A stretch of DNA of 64,000 nucleotides, taken from an uncultured Solirubrobacterales bacterium (GTDB lineage: Bacteria > Actinomycetota > Thermoleophilia > Solirubrobacterales > Solirubrobacteraceae). Below, one piece after another: positions 1 through 8,340 of this stretch (its first letter is position 1; each line of letters begins with the position of its first letter). The notes under the pieces were generated by a model. It was not told the origin of the DNA and made no database searches. It saw only the letters and a list, made by a program, of their open reading frames with translations. The stretch is taken from NCBI GenBank assembly GCA_963795745.1, contig CAWCIT010000008.1, forward strand, positions 184,232-248,231, given 5' to 3'. The position numbers were made by a program, and so were the translations under genes.

Positions 1-1
1 C

Positions 2-1015
2 GGGCCGGTGGGCCTGGCCACGGCGTTCTGGGCCGGGATGCGGGAGGCCAGCGCGCGGATCATCGACTCTCTGCCGGAGATCGGCGGCCAGCTGACGACC
101 CTCTATCCGGAGAAGTGGATCTTCGACGTGCCCGGCCACCGCCGCATCCTGGCCAGGGATCTCGTCGAGGAGCTCCGCCAGCAGGCGCTCGAGCAGTTCG
201 ATGTGCCCGTGCACCTGGAGACCACGGCCGAGGCGATCGCGTGGGAGCCCGACCCGCAGGACGAGTCCAAGCAGCTCGTCGTGCTCCAGACGACGGCGGG
301 GGAGATGCGCTCGCGGGCGGTGATCATCGCCGGCGGCCACGGGGCATTCGAGCCGAAGCGGCTGCCGGGCTTCGACATGAGTCCGTGGGAGGGCCGCGGC
401 GCCCACTACCTGGTGGGCGAGAAGTCGGCGTTCGCCGGCCAGCGGGTTCTGATCGTCGGCGGCGGGGACTCGGCCTGCGACTGGGTCGTCAATCTCCTCG
501 ACACGGCCGAGCGGGTCTCGCTCGCCCACCGGCGGGAGGGCTTCCGGGCGCACGAGGCGACGATCAAGCAGGTCATGGACGCCCACGGTGCGGGCCAGGT
601 CGACCTTCACGTGCCGTTCCAGATCCGCCATGTCGAAGGCGACGCGAACGGCGGGATCGAGCGGGTGATCCTCTTCCACACCGAGGACGAGGCGCACGAG
701 ATCGAGGTCGAGGTCGACGCGATCCTGCTCCAGCTCGGCTTCAAGACGGCGCTCGGGCCGCTGCGCGACTGGGGGCTCGAGATCGAGAAGGGGGCGATCG
801 TCGTCGACTCGCTGATGAAGACCAACCTCCACAACGTCTGGGCGTGCGGGGACATCACGACCTTCCGCGGCAAGCTCAAGCTGATCGCCACCGGCTTTGC
901 CGAGTCGGCGATCGCCGTGTCGCAGGCCGTGCACGAGATCCGCCCGGAGGTCAAGCTCCAGCCGAAGTACTCGACCAACACGGGGGTGCCCGGCGCCGTC
1001 GCCGGTCAGACCTGA
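2..1015 (+). CDS. Ferredoxin-NADP(+) reductase, thioredoxin-reductase-like type; the 5' end is outside the window
   Basis: The ORF 8..1015 translation resembles YumC/TrxB-like FNRs (SLPEIGGQLTTLYPEKWIFDVPG, second dinucleotide fold VLIVGGGDSACDW, C-terminal GDITTFRGKLKLIATGF). The N-terminal GxGxxG FAD motif is absent. The frame stays open back to base 2, so the gene starts upstream of the window. Confidence 0.8.
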   Translation, partial: GPVGLATAFWAGMREASARIIDSLPEIGGQLTTLYPEKWIFDVPGHRRILARDLVEELRQQALEQFDVPVHLETTAEAIAWEPDPQDESKQLVVLQTTAGEMRSRAVIIAGGHGAFEPKRLPGFDMSPWEGRGAHYLVGEKSAFAGQRVLIVGGGDSACDWVVNLLDTAERVSLAHRREGFRAHEATIKQVMDAHGAGQVDLHVPFQIRHVEGDANGGIERVILFHTEDEAHEIEVEVDAILLQLGFKTALGPLRDWGLEIEKGAIVVDSLMKTNLHNVWACGDITTFRGKLKLIATGFAESAIAVSQAVHEIRPEVKLQPKYSTNTGVPGAVAGQT

Positions 1016-1649
1016 GCGCGGCGGCGGGAGCCCGGCGATCGGCGCCCTGCGGGCCGCCGATCCGGTTCTGGCCCGCCTGATCGCGGCGATCGGGGACGAG
1101 CCGGAGCGGCGGCGACCGGACCGTCCGCCGCCGGGCGAGCACTACGCGGCGCTCGTGCGGACGATCGCCGGCCAGCAGCTGTCGGTGGGCGCGGCCCGGG
1201 CGATCTGGACGAAGCTGCTCGCCGTGTTCGACGGCCGGCCGCCGACGCCGCAGGAGGTCCTCGATGCCGACCCGGAGGAGCTGCGGGCGGCGGCCGGCTT
1301 CTCGCGGGCCAAGGTCTCCTACCTGCGGTCGCTGGCCGAGCACGTCCTGAGCGGCGAGCTCGAGCTCGAACGCCTGGACGAGCTGCCGGACGAGCAGGTG
1401 ATCGCCGAGCTCGTCGCCGTGCGGGGGATCGGCGAGTGGAGCGCCCACATGTTCCTGATGTTCCAACTCGACCGGCCGGACGTGCTGGCCAGCGGCGACC
1501 TCGGCGTGCGCCGGGCGGTCCAGCTCGCCTACGGGCTCGAGGCGCTGCCGGCCCCGGCGGAGCTGGTCCGGATGGCCGAGGCGTGGCGGCCGCACCGAAC
1601 GACGGCGTGCCGGGTGCTCTGGCGCTCGCTCGAGCTCACCCCGCAGTAG
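897..1649 (+). CDS. HhH-GPD superfamily DNA glycosylase (3-methyladenine glycosylase II / AlkA-like)
   Basis: Motifs seen: IAGQQLSVGAARAIWTKL, a helix-hairpin-helix VAVRGIGEWSAHMFLMF, and an Asp-containing loop DVLASGDLGVRRAV. ATG 897 is the only canonical in-frame start, and it overlaps the upstream gene by 119 nt. The homologous part begins near 1040, so the true start is uncertain. Confidence 0.65.
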   Translation: MPSRRSPCRRPCTRSARRSSSSRSTRPTRGCPAPSPVRPERGGGSPAIGALRAADPVLARLIAAIGDEPERRRPDRPPPGEHYAALVRTIAGQQLSVGAARAIWTKLLAVFDGRPPTPQEVLDADPEELRAAAGFSRAKVSYLRSLAEHVLSGELELERLDELPDEQVIAELVAVRGIGEWSAHMFLMFQLDRPDVLASGDLGVRRAVQLAYGLEALPAPAELVRMAEAWRPHRTTACRVLWRSLELTPQ

Positions 1650-2874
1650 CGGCGCAGGCGCGGGCGGCATCGGGCGGCGGCGGCGAGTTGGGACCGCGGG
1701 CCCCCCAGGCGCGCCAGACGGCGTAGGCCGGCTCGACCCGGTTCAACGCCGTATCGGCGAGCCCGAGGCGGAAGAGCGGATCCTCGCGGAACGTGTACTG
1801 GAAGACGGCGTCGACGCGAGGGTCGGCGTTCCAGTGGGCGAGAGCGAGGGCGAGCTCCCGGCAGGCGGCGGCGGGAGCCTCGGCCCCGGCGGTCGGGGCG
1901 CCGGCCTCGGTGACCCAGATCGGGGCGGCGCAGCCCCGGGCGGCGAGGGCGCGCTCGAGCGCGGTGACGGTCGCCTCGGCGCGGCGGGCGCGGCCGGCGA
2001 GGCCGTAGTGGACGGCCCAGGCGCCGCCCGCGCAGACGACGTCGCCGGGGAGGGCGGCGACGAACTCGCCGATGGAGACGGCCAGCGGCGAGGACGCGAC
2101 GAAGCCGGCGAGGTCGCCGAGGACGAGCCGATGGGGGCGGCCGTCGGCCGCGAGCGCGGCGGCCATCGCCCGAGCCAGGCGGGTGTAGACGGCCGGTGAG
2201 AGGGCGGGGGCGTGGGTTCGGCAGACGGCGCGCTGGGGGCTGATGAAGAGCGGGTGGTTGGGCTCGTTCCATGGGCCCCACCACGGGAGCTCGAGACCGA
2301 CCCCGCGGGCGAGGGCGAGGATCCGGCCGATCAGGGCGCGGTAGGCGGCGAGGGCTCGGGGGGCGAGCGCCCGGGCGGACGGCGGCGTGCCGGGGCGCTC
2401 GCAGCCACCGCCGGGCTGGACGGCCCAGGCGGGGGCGCCGTAGATCACCACGACGGGCGTGAGGCCGGGGTGGGAGGCGATGGCGGCGAACTGGTCGCGC
2501 AGGCCGGCGTAGGGGGCGCAGGGGCCGGCGCCGCGCTCGCAGCCGTCCTGGCGCGCGGTCAGGTCGGCGGGGCGGTCGGCTCGCGGCTGGAGCTTGGCCC
2601 AGTCGACGACGACGCGCATGTAGTCGGGGTGGAGGGCGGCGGCGCGGTCACGCCAAGCGGCGAAGCCGGCCGGGAGGGCGGGGCGGGCAGCGGCGCTCCA
2701 GAGGAGGGCGGGGTTGGGCTCGGTGAGCCCGATCGCCAGACCGCTGCCGCGACGGTGGCTGGCCGGGGCGGCGCCGTGCGGCGTGGTCGCGGGTCCGGCG
2801 GTCCCGCCGCCGCAGGCGGCGAGGAGGGCGGCGGCGGCGGCCAGGCCGGCGAGGGCCGGGCGGCGGCGGATCAG
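1636..2874 (-). CDS. Lipoprotein, clan GH-A-like glycoside hydrolase (TIM barrel); apparent CTG start
   Basis: The tracked ORF 1636..2619 has WWGPWNEPN (an NEP acid/base motif) and IWVTEAG (a TE nucleophile motif). The same frame stays open upstream and encodes a textbook lipoprotein signal, IRRRPALAGLAAAAALLAAC, with no ATG/GTG/TTG. The best start is CTG at 2874, overlapping the erpA stop (cTGA). Confidence 0.6.
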   Translation of the reverse strand: MIRRRPALAGLAAAAALLAACGGGTAGPATTPHGAAPASHRRGSGLAIGLTEPNPALLWSAAARPALPAGFAAWRDRAAALHPDYMRVVVDWAKLQPRADRPADLTARQDGCERGAGPCAPYAGLRDQFAAIASHPGLTPVVVIYGAPAWAVQPGGGCERPGTPPSARALAPRALAAYRALIGRILALARGVGLELPWWGPWNEPNHPLFISPQRAVCRTHAPALSPAVYTRLARAMAAALAADGRPHRLVLGDLAGFVASSPLAVSIGEFVAALPGDVVCAGGAWAVHYGLAGRARRAEATVTALERALAARGCAAPIWVTEAGAPTAGAEAPAAACRELALALAHWNADPRVDAVFQYTFREDPLFRLGLADTALNRVEPAYAVWRAWGARGPNSPPPPDAARACAATAG

Positions 2875-3224
2875 ACGGGCGAGCAGGACTCCGTTCCGGC
2901 AACCCGGAAGGAGGATCCGCAGCCGCAGGCGGCGACGACGTTGGGGTTGTTGACCTTGAACCCGGCGCCGATCAGGGCGTCGACGTAGTCGATCTCCGAG
3001 CCGTCGACGTAGGAGAGGGCGTCGTGATCGACGAGCAGCTTGAGGCCCTTGACCTCGAAGACCTCGTCGTCGTCGCGCTTCTCGTCGAAGGCGAGCTGAT
3101 ACTGAAAGCCCGAGCAGCCTCCACCGCGAACTCCGACGCGGAGGCCGGCGGCCGCGACGTCGTTGCTCTGGGCTGCGAGAAACTCGCGGACCTTGTCTGC
3201 GCCCTTATCGGTGATCGTGACCAT
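2871..3224 (-). CDS. erpA: A-type iron-sulfur cluster carrier/insertion protein (ErpA/IscA/HesB family)
   Basis: A 117-aa product starting MVTITDKGADKVREF, with GGGCSGFQY and a C-terminal CGCGSSF Cys triad. ATG at 3222-3224 was verified in the sequence. The longer tracked ORF (to 3485) is an N-terminal run-on. Confidence 0.9.
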   Translation of the reverse strand: MVTITDKGADKVREFLAAQSNDVAAAGLRVGVRGGGCSGFQYQLAFDEKRDDDEVFEVKGLKLLVDHDALSYVDGSEIDYVDALIGAGFKVNNPNVVAACGCGSSFRVAGTESCSPV

Positions 3225-3266
3225 TTGCCAAGTGTAGCGGTCGGTTCGACTAAGCTTGAAATCGAG

Positions 3267-3494
3267 ATGCCCAGCCCGAACGAGATCAAGCAGCGCATCG
3301 AAGCGGCCATTCCCGGCGCTCTGGCCGATGTCGAGGACTACACCGGCGGGGGCGACCACTTCCGGGCCGTCGTGCGCGCCAGCGCCTTTGCCGGGCTCTC
3401 GCGGATCGAGCAGCACCGACTCGTCTACCGCGTCTTCGGCGAGGAGATCGGCGGGCCGATCCATGCCCTGTCCTTGAAGACGCAAAGCGAGTAG
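3267..3494 (+). CDS. bolA: BolA family protein
   Basis: A 75-aa product, MPSPNEIKQRIEAAIPGALADVEDYTGGGDHFRAVV...SRIEQHRLVY...IHALSLKT, which is the typical BolA fold signature. ATG is at 3267. It lies immediately upstream of a monothiol glutaredoxin, the classic BolA-Grx pairing. Confidence 0.85.
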   Translation: MPSPNEIKQRIEAAIPGALADVEDYTGGGDHFRAVVRASAFAGLSRIEQHRLVYRVFGEEIGGPIHALSLKTQSE

Positions 3495-3503
3495 AGGATC
3501 CCC

Positions 3504-3896
3504 ATGAGCGAGCAGACCGATAATCCCGTCCGCGAGGCGATCGCGACGGCGATCGCCGAGAACGAAGTGATCCTGTTCATGAAGGGCACGCCGCAGGCGC
3601 CGGCGTGCGGATTCTCGGCCCGGGCGGTCCAGGCCCTCCAGGCGCTGGGCACGAAGTTCGCCGGCGTCGACATCCTCCCGGACCCGCGCATCCGGCAGGA
3701 GCTGGTGGCGATCTCGAACTGGCCGACGACGCCGCAGCTCTTCGTGCGGGGCGAGCTCGTCGGTGGGTGCGACATCATCACCGAGATGTTCGACTCGGGC
3801 GAGCTGGCCGACCTGCTGGGCGCCGAGAAGCAGTTCGAGCCGGATCCGGTCGAGCTCGAGCAGGCGCCGATGCAGATCGAGAACCGCCTGGCCTGA
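3504..3896 (+). CDS. grxD: Monothiol glutaredoxin (Grx4/GrxD family, CGFS active site)
   Basis: VILFMKGTPQAPACGFS active site, WPTTPQLFVRGELVGGCDI motif, 130 aa. Confidence 0.9.
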   Translation: MSEQTDNPVREAIATAIAENEVILFMKGTPQAPACGFSARAVQALQALGTKFAGVDILPDPRIRQELVAISNWPTTPQLFVRGELVGGCDIITEMFDSGELADLLGAEKQFEPDPVELEQAPMQIENRLA

Positions 3897-3913
3897 GCGG
3901 CGGACGGCCGGCG

Positions 3914-6268
3914 TCAGCGGGCCGAGGGCAGGATCGTCGTCGTAGGTATCGACCGGACCGGCGGAAGCGGCAGCGTGACCGTGGTCGGGACGCTGGGCCC
4001 CGCCGGCTTGGTCGGGGCCGGCGCGGGTCGCGGCGCGACCGGCGCGGGGCGCTGCGTAATCGGGGCGGCCGGCCGGCGCGTGACCGGTGCGACGACACGC
4101 GGCCGGGGCGCGACCGCCGGCGGCGCGGGCGCCGCCGGCCGGGCGCCGGCCGAGGTCGGCGCGGTGGCGGCGCGCTGCCGGGAGGCGGCGGTTGGGGTGG
4201 CGGCCGCCGCCGCCGGGCGGACGGTCCGGGTCTGGACGCGGCGGGTCGACGTGGACGGAGCCGGTCGCGGGGCGAGCGGCTTGGCGGCGGCCGGTGGGAC
4301 GGTGGCGGCCGGCGGCGCGAGCGCCGCGGGGGCCGAGCCGGCGGCGGGCGAGTTGGCGGCGGGCGACCGATCGCCGGATAGGGACACTCCGCCGACGGCG
4401 GCGGCCGTGCCGGCGCCGACGAGGGCGAGGCCGACCACGGCCGCGCCGATGCGCGCGCGGCGGCGACCCGGTCCCGCGGAGGTCGGCGGCTTCGGGGCCG
4501 ACCGCGCGGACGCCGGCGGCCGGCGGGCGGCGGCGGCTGCTTGCGCCGGCGCCGCGGCCGCGGTCCGCGGGCGCTGAGACGGCGCCTCGGGAGGGCCGGC
4601 GGCGGCCGGCGGCGCGTCGACGGCGTCGGCGCCGCGGCTTCCGTTCCGATGCGGCGCGGGAAGCGCGGCCGCACCGGCGGCGTCGGCGGGCGGCCGGCTC
4701 GAGACCGGCGTGCGACCGGAGTCGGCGGACCGCCGGGCCGGACGCGGCGGCCCGTCGCCACCCGCGGCCCGGCGGGCCGGACGCGGCGGCCCGTCGCCGC
4801 CCGCGGCCCGCCGGGCCGAACGCGGCGGCCCGTCGCCATCCGCGGCCCGGCGGGCCGAACGCGGCGGCCGGTCGGCATCGGAGGGCCGGGGGGCCGAGCG
4901 CGGCGGCTCGTCGCCGTCCGCGGCACGGCGGGCGGGACGCGGCGGCCGGTCGGCGGACGGCGGCGCCAGGCCTTCCACAGCGGCGGCGGCGACCGCGCGG
5001 GCGGGCGGCGGCGCTCCGCCGTCCAGAGCCGCGGCGGGGACCGGGTTGGCCGGCGACAACGCTCCGGCGTCCACGGCCGCGGCGGCGACCGGGTTGGCGG
5101 GCGACGCCGCGCCGCCGTCCAGAGCCGCGGCGGCGACCGGGTCAAAAGCAGAACGGCGTGGCCCGGCGGGCGGGACGGGCCGGTCAGGGGCGGGGCCGAC
5201 GGTCGGTGCCGGGGCGGCGCCGGCCGCAGGCGCGGCGGCGACGCGATCCGACGCCGACCGACCCGCCTCACCGACCGGGGCCGGGCGAGCAATGGACGCC
5301 GCCACCGGCCGCGGCCGGGCCTCGCCGGACACCGGGGGATCACCGGCGATGGCCGACGCCGCCACCGGCCGCGGCCGGGCCTCGCCGGACACCGGGGGAT
5401 CACCGGCGATGGCCGACGCCGTCGCGCGGGCCGGGCGTGCCTCGCCGGACGGTGCCGGGCCGGCTGCGCCGGTGGTGGCGAGCCGGCGCGTCGGGCGCGG
5501 CTCGCCGGCGACGCCCGGGCCGACGATCGGCCGGCGGGAGGCGGGCGCGGCGGTCGATGACACCTCGGCGGCCCGCGCCGGGCCGGGACTGGGACGACGC
5601 GGCGCCGACCGCGGCTGCGGCTCGGCTCCCGGACTCCGCTCGGGCTGAGAGCGCCCCTTGTCTTCCGGGCGCGCCTCGGCCCCCGAGCCCGCCTCGACCC
5701 CCGAGCCGGCCTCGGCTCTCGGGCGTGGGTCGCCCCCCGAGCCGGCCTCGGCCGCCCGGGGCGCGCCGGGGGCGAGGGAGACGCCGCGGTGGAGCTGCCA
5801 CTCGGCGGCGTCGAACCGACCCGCGAGCTCCGCGCAATCCAGACATTCGTCGAGGTGGTGGTAGAGGCGGGCGACCTGGCCGGTTCCGATCCGGCCGTCC
5901 GCTCGCGCCGCCAGCAGTCCCGGCACCGGGCGGCAGCCGCGGCGCAGCCGAGCCAAGCGGGCGAGACGGCTCGCCAGTCGCGCCTGCCGGCGCTCGACCG
6001 CCCGCAGCGCGACCTCCCGGGCCCGCCGGGCCGTGGCCTCGCCGATCGGGCCCTCGTCAACCGTGCCGATCTCGGCGATCGCCGCGGCCACGACCCGATC
6101 CGGGGCCTCCCGGCCCACGACCGCCCGCACGTAGCCGGCGAGCTCGTCCGTCGCCGCGGCGGCCCGCCGACCGACCGGCGACGATGGCCGAGCATCGTTG
6201 TCGAACGATCTCACCACTGCGTTCAGGCTAGCGCGCCGCTGACCCCCCCGGCCCCGGGCCGCCCTCAT
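3914..6268 (-). CDS. Anti-sigma-factor-like single-pass membrane protein (zf-HC2 HxxxCxxC motif) with a long Pro/Ala-rich repetitive linker and ectodomain
   Basis: This frame of ORF 3914..6538 contains YHHLDECLDC (H-x3-C-x2-C), several in-frame tandem repeat families, one clear TM helix (IGAAVVGLALVGAGTAAAVGGV), and a Pro/Ala-rich C-terminal part. I chose ATG 6268 as the start because it forms an ATGA overlap with the stop of the upstream small membrane ORF. The first 90 codons of the tracked ORF look like a shadow frame. The competing ORFs 3778..6195(-) and 4087..6231(+) are Arg-rich shadows. Confidence 0.55.
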   Translation of the reverse strand: MRAARGRGGQRRASLNAVVRSFDNDARPSSPVGRRAAAATDELAGYVRAVVGREAPDRVVAAAIAEIGTVDEGPIGEATARRAREVALRAVERRQARLASRLARLARLRRGCRPVPGLLAARADGRIGTGQVARLYHHLDECLDCAELAGRFDAAEWQLHRGVSLAPGAPRAAEAGSGGDPRPRAEAGSGVEAGSGAEARPEDKGRSQPERSPGAEPQPRSAPRRPSPGPARAAEVSSTAAPASRRPIVGPGVAGEPRPTRRLATTGAAGPAPSGEARPARATASAIAGDPPVSGEARPRPVAASAIAGDPPVSGEARPRPVAASIARPAPVGEAGRSASDRVAAAPAAGAAPAPTVGPAPDRPVPPAGPRRSAFDPVAAAALDGGAASPANPVAAAAVDAGALSPANPVPAAALDGGAPPPARAVAAAAVEGLAPPSADRPPRPARRAADGDEPPRSAPRPSDADRPPRSARRAADGDGPPRSARRAAGGDGPPRPARRAAGGDGPPRPARRSADSGRTPVSSRPPADAAGAAALPAPHRNGSRGADAVDAPPAAAGPPEAPSQRPRTAAAAPAQAAAAARRPPASARSAPKPPTSAGPGRRRARIGAAVVGLALVGAGTAAAVGGVSLSGDRSPAANSPAAGSAPAALAPPAATVPPAAAKPLAPRPAPSTSTRRVQTRTVRPAAAAATPTAASRQRAATAPTSAGARPAAPAPPAVAPRPRVVAPVTRRPAAPITQRPAPVAPRPAPAPTKPAGPSVPTTVTLPLPPVRSIPTTTILPSAR
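4715..4950 (-). repeat. In-frame 39-bp tandem repeats (about 6 units; 13-aa unit RRAA[GD]GDGPPR[PS]A) inside the anti-sigma-like gene
   Basis: gacgcggcggcccgtcgcc recurs at 4741 and 4780, with a variant at 4819, giving a 39-nt period. The protein shows six consecutive 13-aa units. Confidence 0.85.
5295..5414 (-). repeat. Perfect 60-bp tandem duplication (2 full copies plus a partial third) inside the anti-sigma-like gene
   Basis: 5295..5354 and 5355..5414 read identically (gacgccgccaccggccgcggccgggcctcgccggacaccgggggatcaccggcgatggcc). They encode SAIAGDPPVSGEARPRPVAA twice. Confidence 0.9.
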
Positions 6269-6549
6269 CCGCGCCGGCGCCGGCTGCGGCTCGGGGTCAG
6301 GCGCCGCGCCGGCGGCGGCGGCGGCGCCTGCGCTCGCCTTATCTCCTCGACCTCGCGCGCCCGCGCCCGATCCTCGCTGCGGCCGACCTCGAAGAACATC
6401 AGGCTCATGACGACGATCAGGCCGAGCGAGATCAGGGCGATCGACACCGCCTCGGCGGTGACGGTGTCCGACGCGACGATCACCCCGATTCCGGCCGCGA
6501 CCAGGAGTCCAGCCGACCCGTACCACCGGATGCGCCACGCCCTCGCCAC
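6265..6549 (-). CDS. Small membrane protein (2 predicted TM helices), hypothetical
   Basis: The C-terminal part of shadow ORF 6265..7314 is hydrophobic and protein-like (WYGSAGLLVAAGIGVIVAS...VSIALISLGLIVVMSLMFF, then a charged tail). A GTG at 6549 is the first plausible start after the DegV divergent region. Its stop overlaps the ATG of the downstream gene (ATGA). Confidence 0.4.
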   Translation of the reverse strand: MARAWRIRWYGSAGLLVAAGIGVIVASDTVTAEAVSIALISLGLIVVMSLMFFEVGRSEDRARAREVEEIRRAQAPPPPPARRLTPSRSRRRRG

Positions 6550-6609
6550 CGACGCAAACGTAGCGCCTGTGGCGACGGCGCGCCGGCGAGCGTCGGGTAG
6601 GGTGGCGCG

Positions 6610-7476
6610 GTGCGTCCGGTCGCCGTCGTCACCGACACCACCCATTACCTCCCCGACGACCTGCGCGAGCGCCTCGCCGTCAAGCAGGTCAGCCTCTACG
6701 TGAACTGGGGCGAGGGCCTCCAGCGGGAGAGCGACTTCCCCGACTACGACGACTTCTACGCCCGCCTGCGCAGCACGACCGACGTCCCGAGCACCTCGCA
6801 GCCGTCGGTCGGCGACTTCGCCGAGGTCTACGAGCCGCTCCTGGCCAGCGGCCACGACATCGTCTCCCTTCACCTCTCCGGCGGCATCTCCGGCACCTTC
6901 GGCGCCGCCGGCCAGGCCAAGGCGATGCTCGACGAGCGGCAGGGCGACGGCCGGATCCTGGTCATCGACACCGAGAGCGCCTGCGGCGGGCTCGCCTGCC
7001 TGGTGATGGCCGCCGCCGCCGGCGCCCGCGCCGGCGAGGATCTCGACACCGTCGCCGCCCGCGTCCGCGACGCCCGCGCCGAGCTGAAGATCTGGTTCTC
7101 GATCGACACGCTCGAGTACCTCCGCCGCGGCGGCCGGGTCGGCAACGCCCAGGCCTGGCTCGGCGGCGCGCTCAAGATCAAGCCGATCCTCTCCGTCGGG
7201 CGCGAGATCACCCCGATCGAGCGCGTCCGCACCGCCGGTCGGGCCTTCGAGCGGATGGTCGACTACATGCGCAGCCGCCACGACGACGGCGCCGACTGCT
7301 GGGTCATCCAGCACATCCAGGCTCCCGACGTCGCCGACCGCCTGGCCGACCGCGGCCGCGAGATCTTCGGCACCGAGCCCTGGTTCATCTCCGAGCTCGG
7401 CCCCGTGATCGGGACCTACACCGGCCCGGGCATGCTCGGCGTCGGCGGCCTGCCGACCCGCTTCGTCGAGCCTTAG
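6610..7476 (+). CDS. DegV family fatty-acid-binding protein
   Basis: VAVVTDTTHYLPDDL..., TSQPSVGDF, HLSGGISGTFGAA, EYLRRGGR: the typical DegV/EDD-fold signature, 288 aa. Confidence 0.9.
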   Translation: MRPVAVVTDTTHYLPDDLRERLAVKQVSLYVNWGEGLQRESDFPDYDDFYARLRSTTDVPSTSQPSVGDFAEVYEPLLASGHDIVSLHLSGGISGTFGAAGQAKAMLDERQGDGRILVIDTESACGGLACLVMAAAAGARAGEDLDTVAARVRDARAELKIWFSIDTLEYLRRGGRVGNAQAWLGGALKIKPILSVGREITPIERVRTAGRAFERMVDYMRSRHDDGADCWVIQHIQAPDVADRLADRGREIFGTEPWFISELGPVIGTYTGPGMLGVGGLPTRFVEP

Positions 7477-7745
7477 ACGCCGCCGGCGGCGGCCGCGCCT
7501 CGGGACGCCTTGCGCCGCCGGTGGCGGCGGAAGGTGACGAGCCCGCCGAGCCCGGCCAGACCGCCGCCCACCAGGAAGCCGCCGACGACCGACGCCGCGA
7601 GGACGATCGGCTGGTTGCGCTGGAGCTGCTTGCGCCAGTCGGTGATCTCGGCCACCTCGCCCCGCAGCCGGACCACGGACACGGCCAGCGCCTCCCGGTT
7701 GGCCTCGATCGAGGCCCGGATCTCCTCCGGGCTGCGTCCGGCCAT
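7473..7745 (-). CDS. DUF3618-like small membrane protein
   Basis: A 90-aa product, MAGRSPEEIRASIEANREALAVSVVRLRGEV..., followed by a C-terminal TM helix. ATG 7745 overlaps the upstream stop (TGATG). The longer tracked ORF (to 7940) is an extension. Confidence 0.65.
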   Translation of the reverse strand: MAGRSPEEIRASIEANREALAVSVVRLRGEVAEITDWRKQLQRNQPIVLAASVVGGFLVGGGLAGLGGLVTFRRHRRRKASRGAAAAGGV

Positions 7746-8152
7746 CAGTCGCCGCTCACCGACGCCCGGATCTTCCGGGCCTCGTCGATGGCCATGGTCG
7801 GCGTCGGCGGCGCCGCCGCCTTGAGCCACCGCGCGGCCAGGAAGCCGCCGAGGCCGCCCAGCGCGACGAGCAGGAAGGCGACCACGAAGAAGCCCGCGTA
7901 GAACTTGCCCCGCGGGAAGAGCTCGATCGAGATCAGCCACGACAGGCCGTTCAGGAAGTAGAGCAGCGCGAGCAGGGCGAAGATCCCGGCCACCAACCCG
8001 ACCGCAGCGCCCCGCATCAGCTTGTTCAGCTTCTCGAAGATCTCCGCCTTGGCCAGCTCGATCTCCTCCCGGACGAGCAGCGATGCCCGCTCCGAGACCT
8101 CGGTTATGGTCTTGGCCAGGGTCTGCGCCAGCTGAGGATCGTCAGCGGCCAA
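7745..8152 (-). CDS. Holin-X / phage-holin-superfamily-III-like membrane protein (DUF1469-like)
   Basis: A 135-aa product with an amphipathic N-terminus (LVREEIELAKAEIFEKLNKL) followed by two TM helices. This layout is typical of the actinobacterial 'putative holin-X' family. Confidence 0.7.
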   Translation of the reverse strand: MAADDPQLAQTLAKTITEVSERASLLVREEIELAKAEIFEKLNKLMRGAAVGLVAGIFALLALLYFLNGLSWLISIELFPRGKFYAGFFVVAFLLVALGGLGGFLAARWLKAAAPPTPTMAIDEARKIRASVSGD

Positions 8153-8333
8153 GGCGCCTGACGATCATCGCGGCGATCAGGCCACCGGCGAATGCCGCGA
8201 CGACCGCTATCTCCGGTCGCCCGCCGACCAGCCCCACGACCTTGGCCTGCACCTGCGAGATCGGCACCCCGGCGCTCTCCACGGACGCGATCAGGCCGGC
8301 CAGTCCCGTGGACGCCGCCGCCGGCTCGCTCAT
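8142..8333 (-). CDS. Small hydrophobic protein, hypothetical (first gene of the holin-X/DUF3618 unit)
   Basis: A 63-aa ORF with a C-terminal TM segment (EIAVVAAFAGGLIAAMIV). It overlaps the next gene by 11 nt. Confidence 0.4.
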   Translation of the reverse strand: MSEPAAASTGLAGLIASVESAGVPISQVQAKVVGLVGGRPEIAVVAAFAGGLIAAMIVRRLGR

Positions 8334-8340
8334 CGGCGGC

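Noticed and set aside
3778-6231. Long ORFs 3778..6195(-) and 4087..6231(+), and several 300-aa ORFs in the same region
   Set aside because: Their composition is extreme in Arg/Pro/Gly, with no TM helix, motif or repeat logic. They overlap the frame that carries the HxxxCxxC motif, a TM helix and in-frame tandem repeats. I treated them as shadow ORFs.
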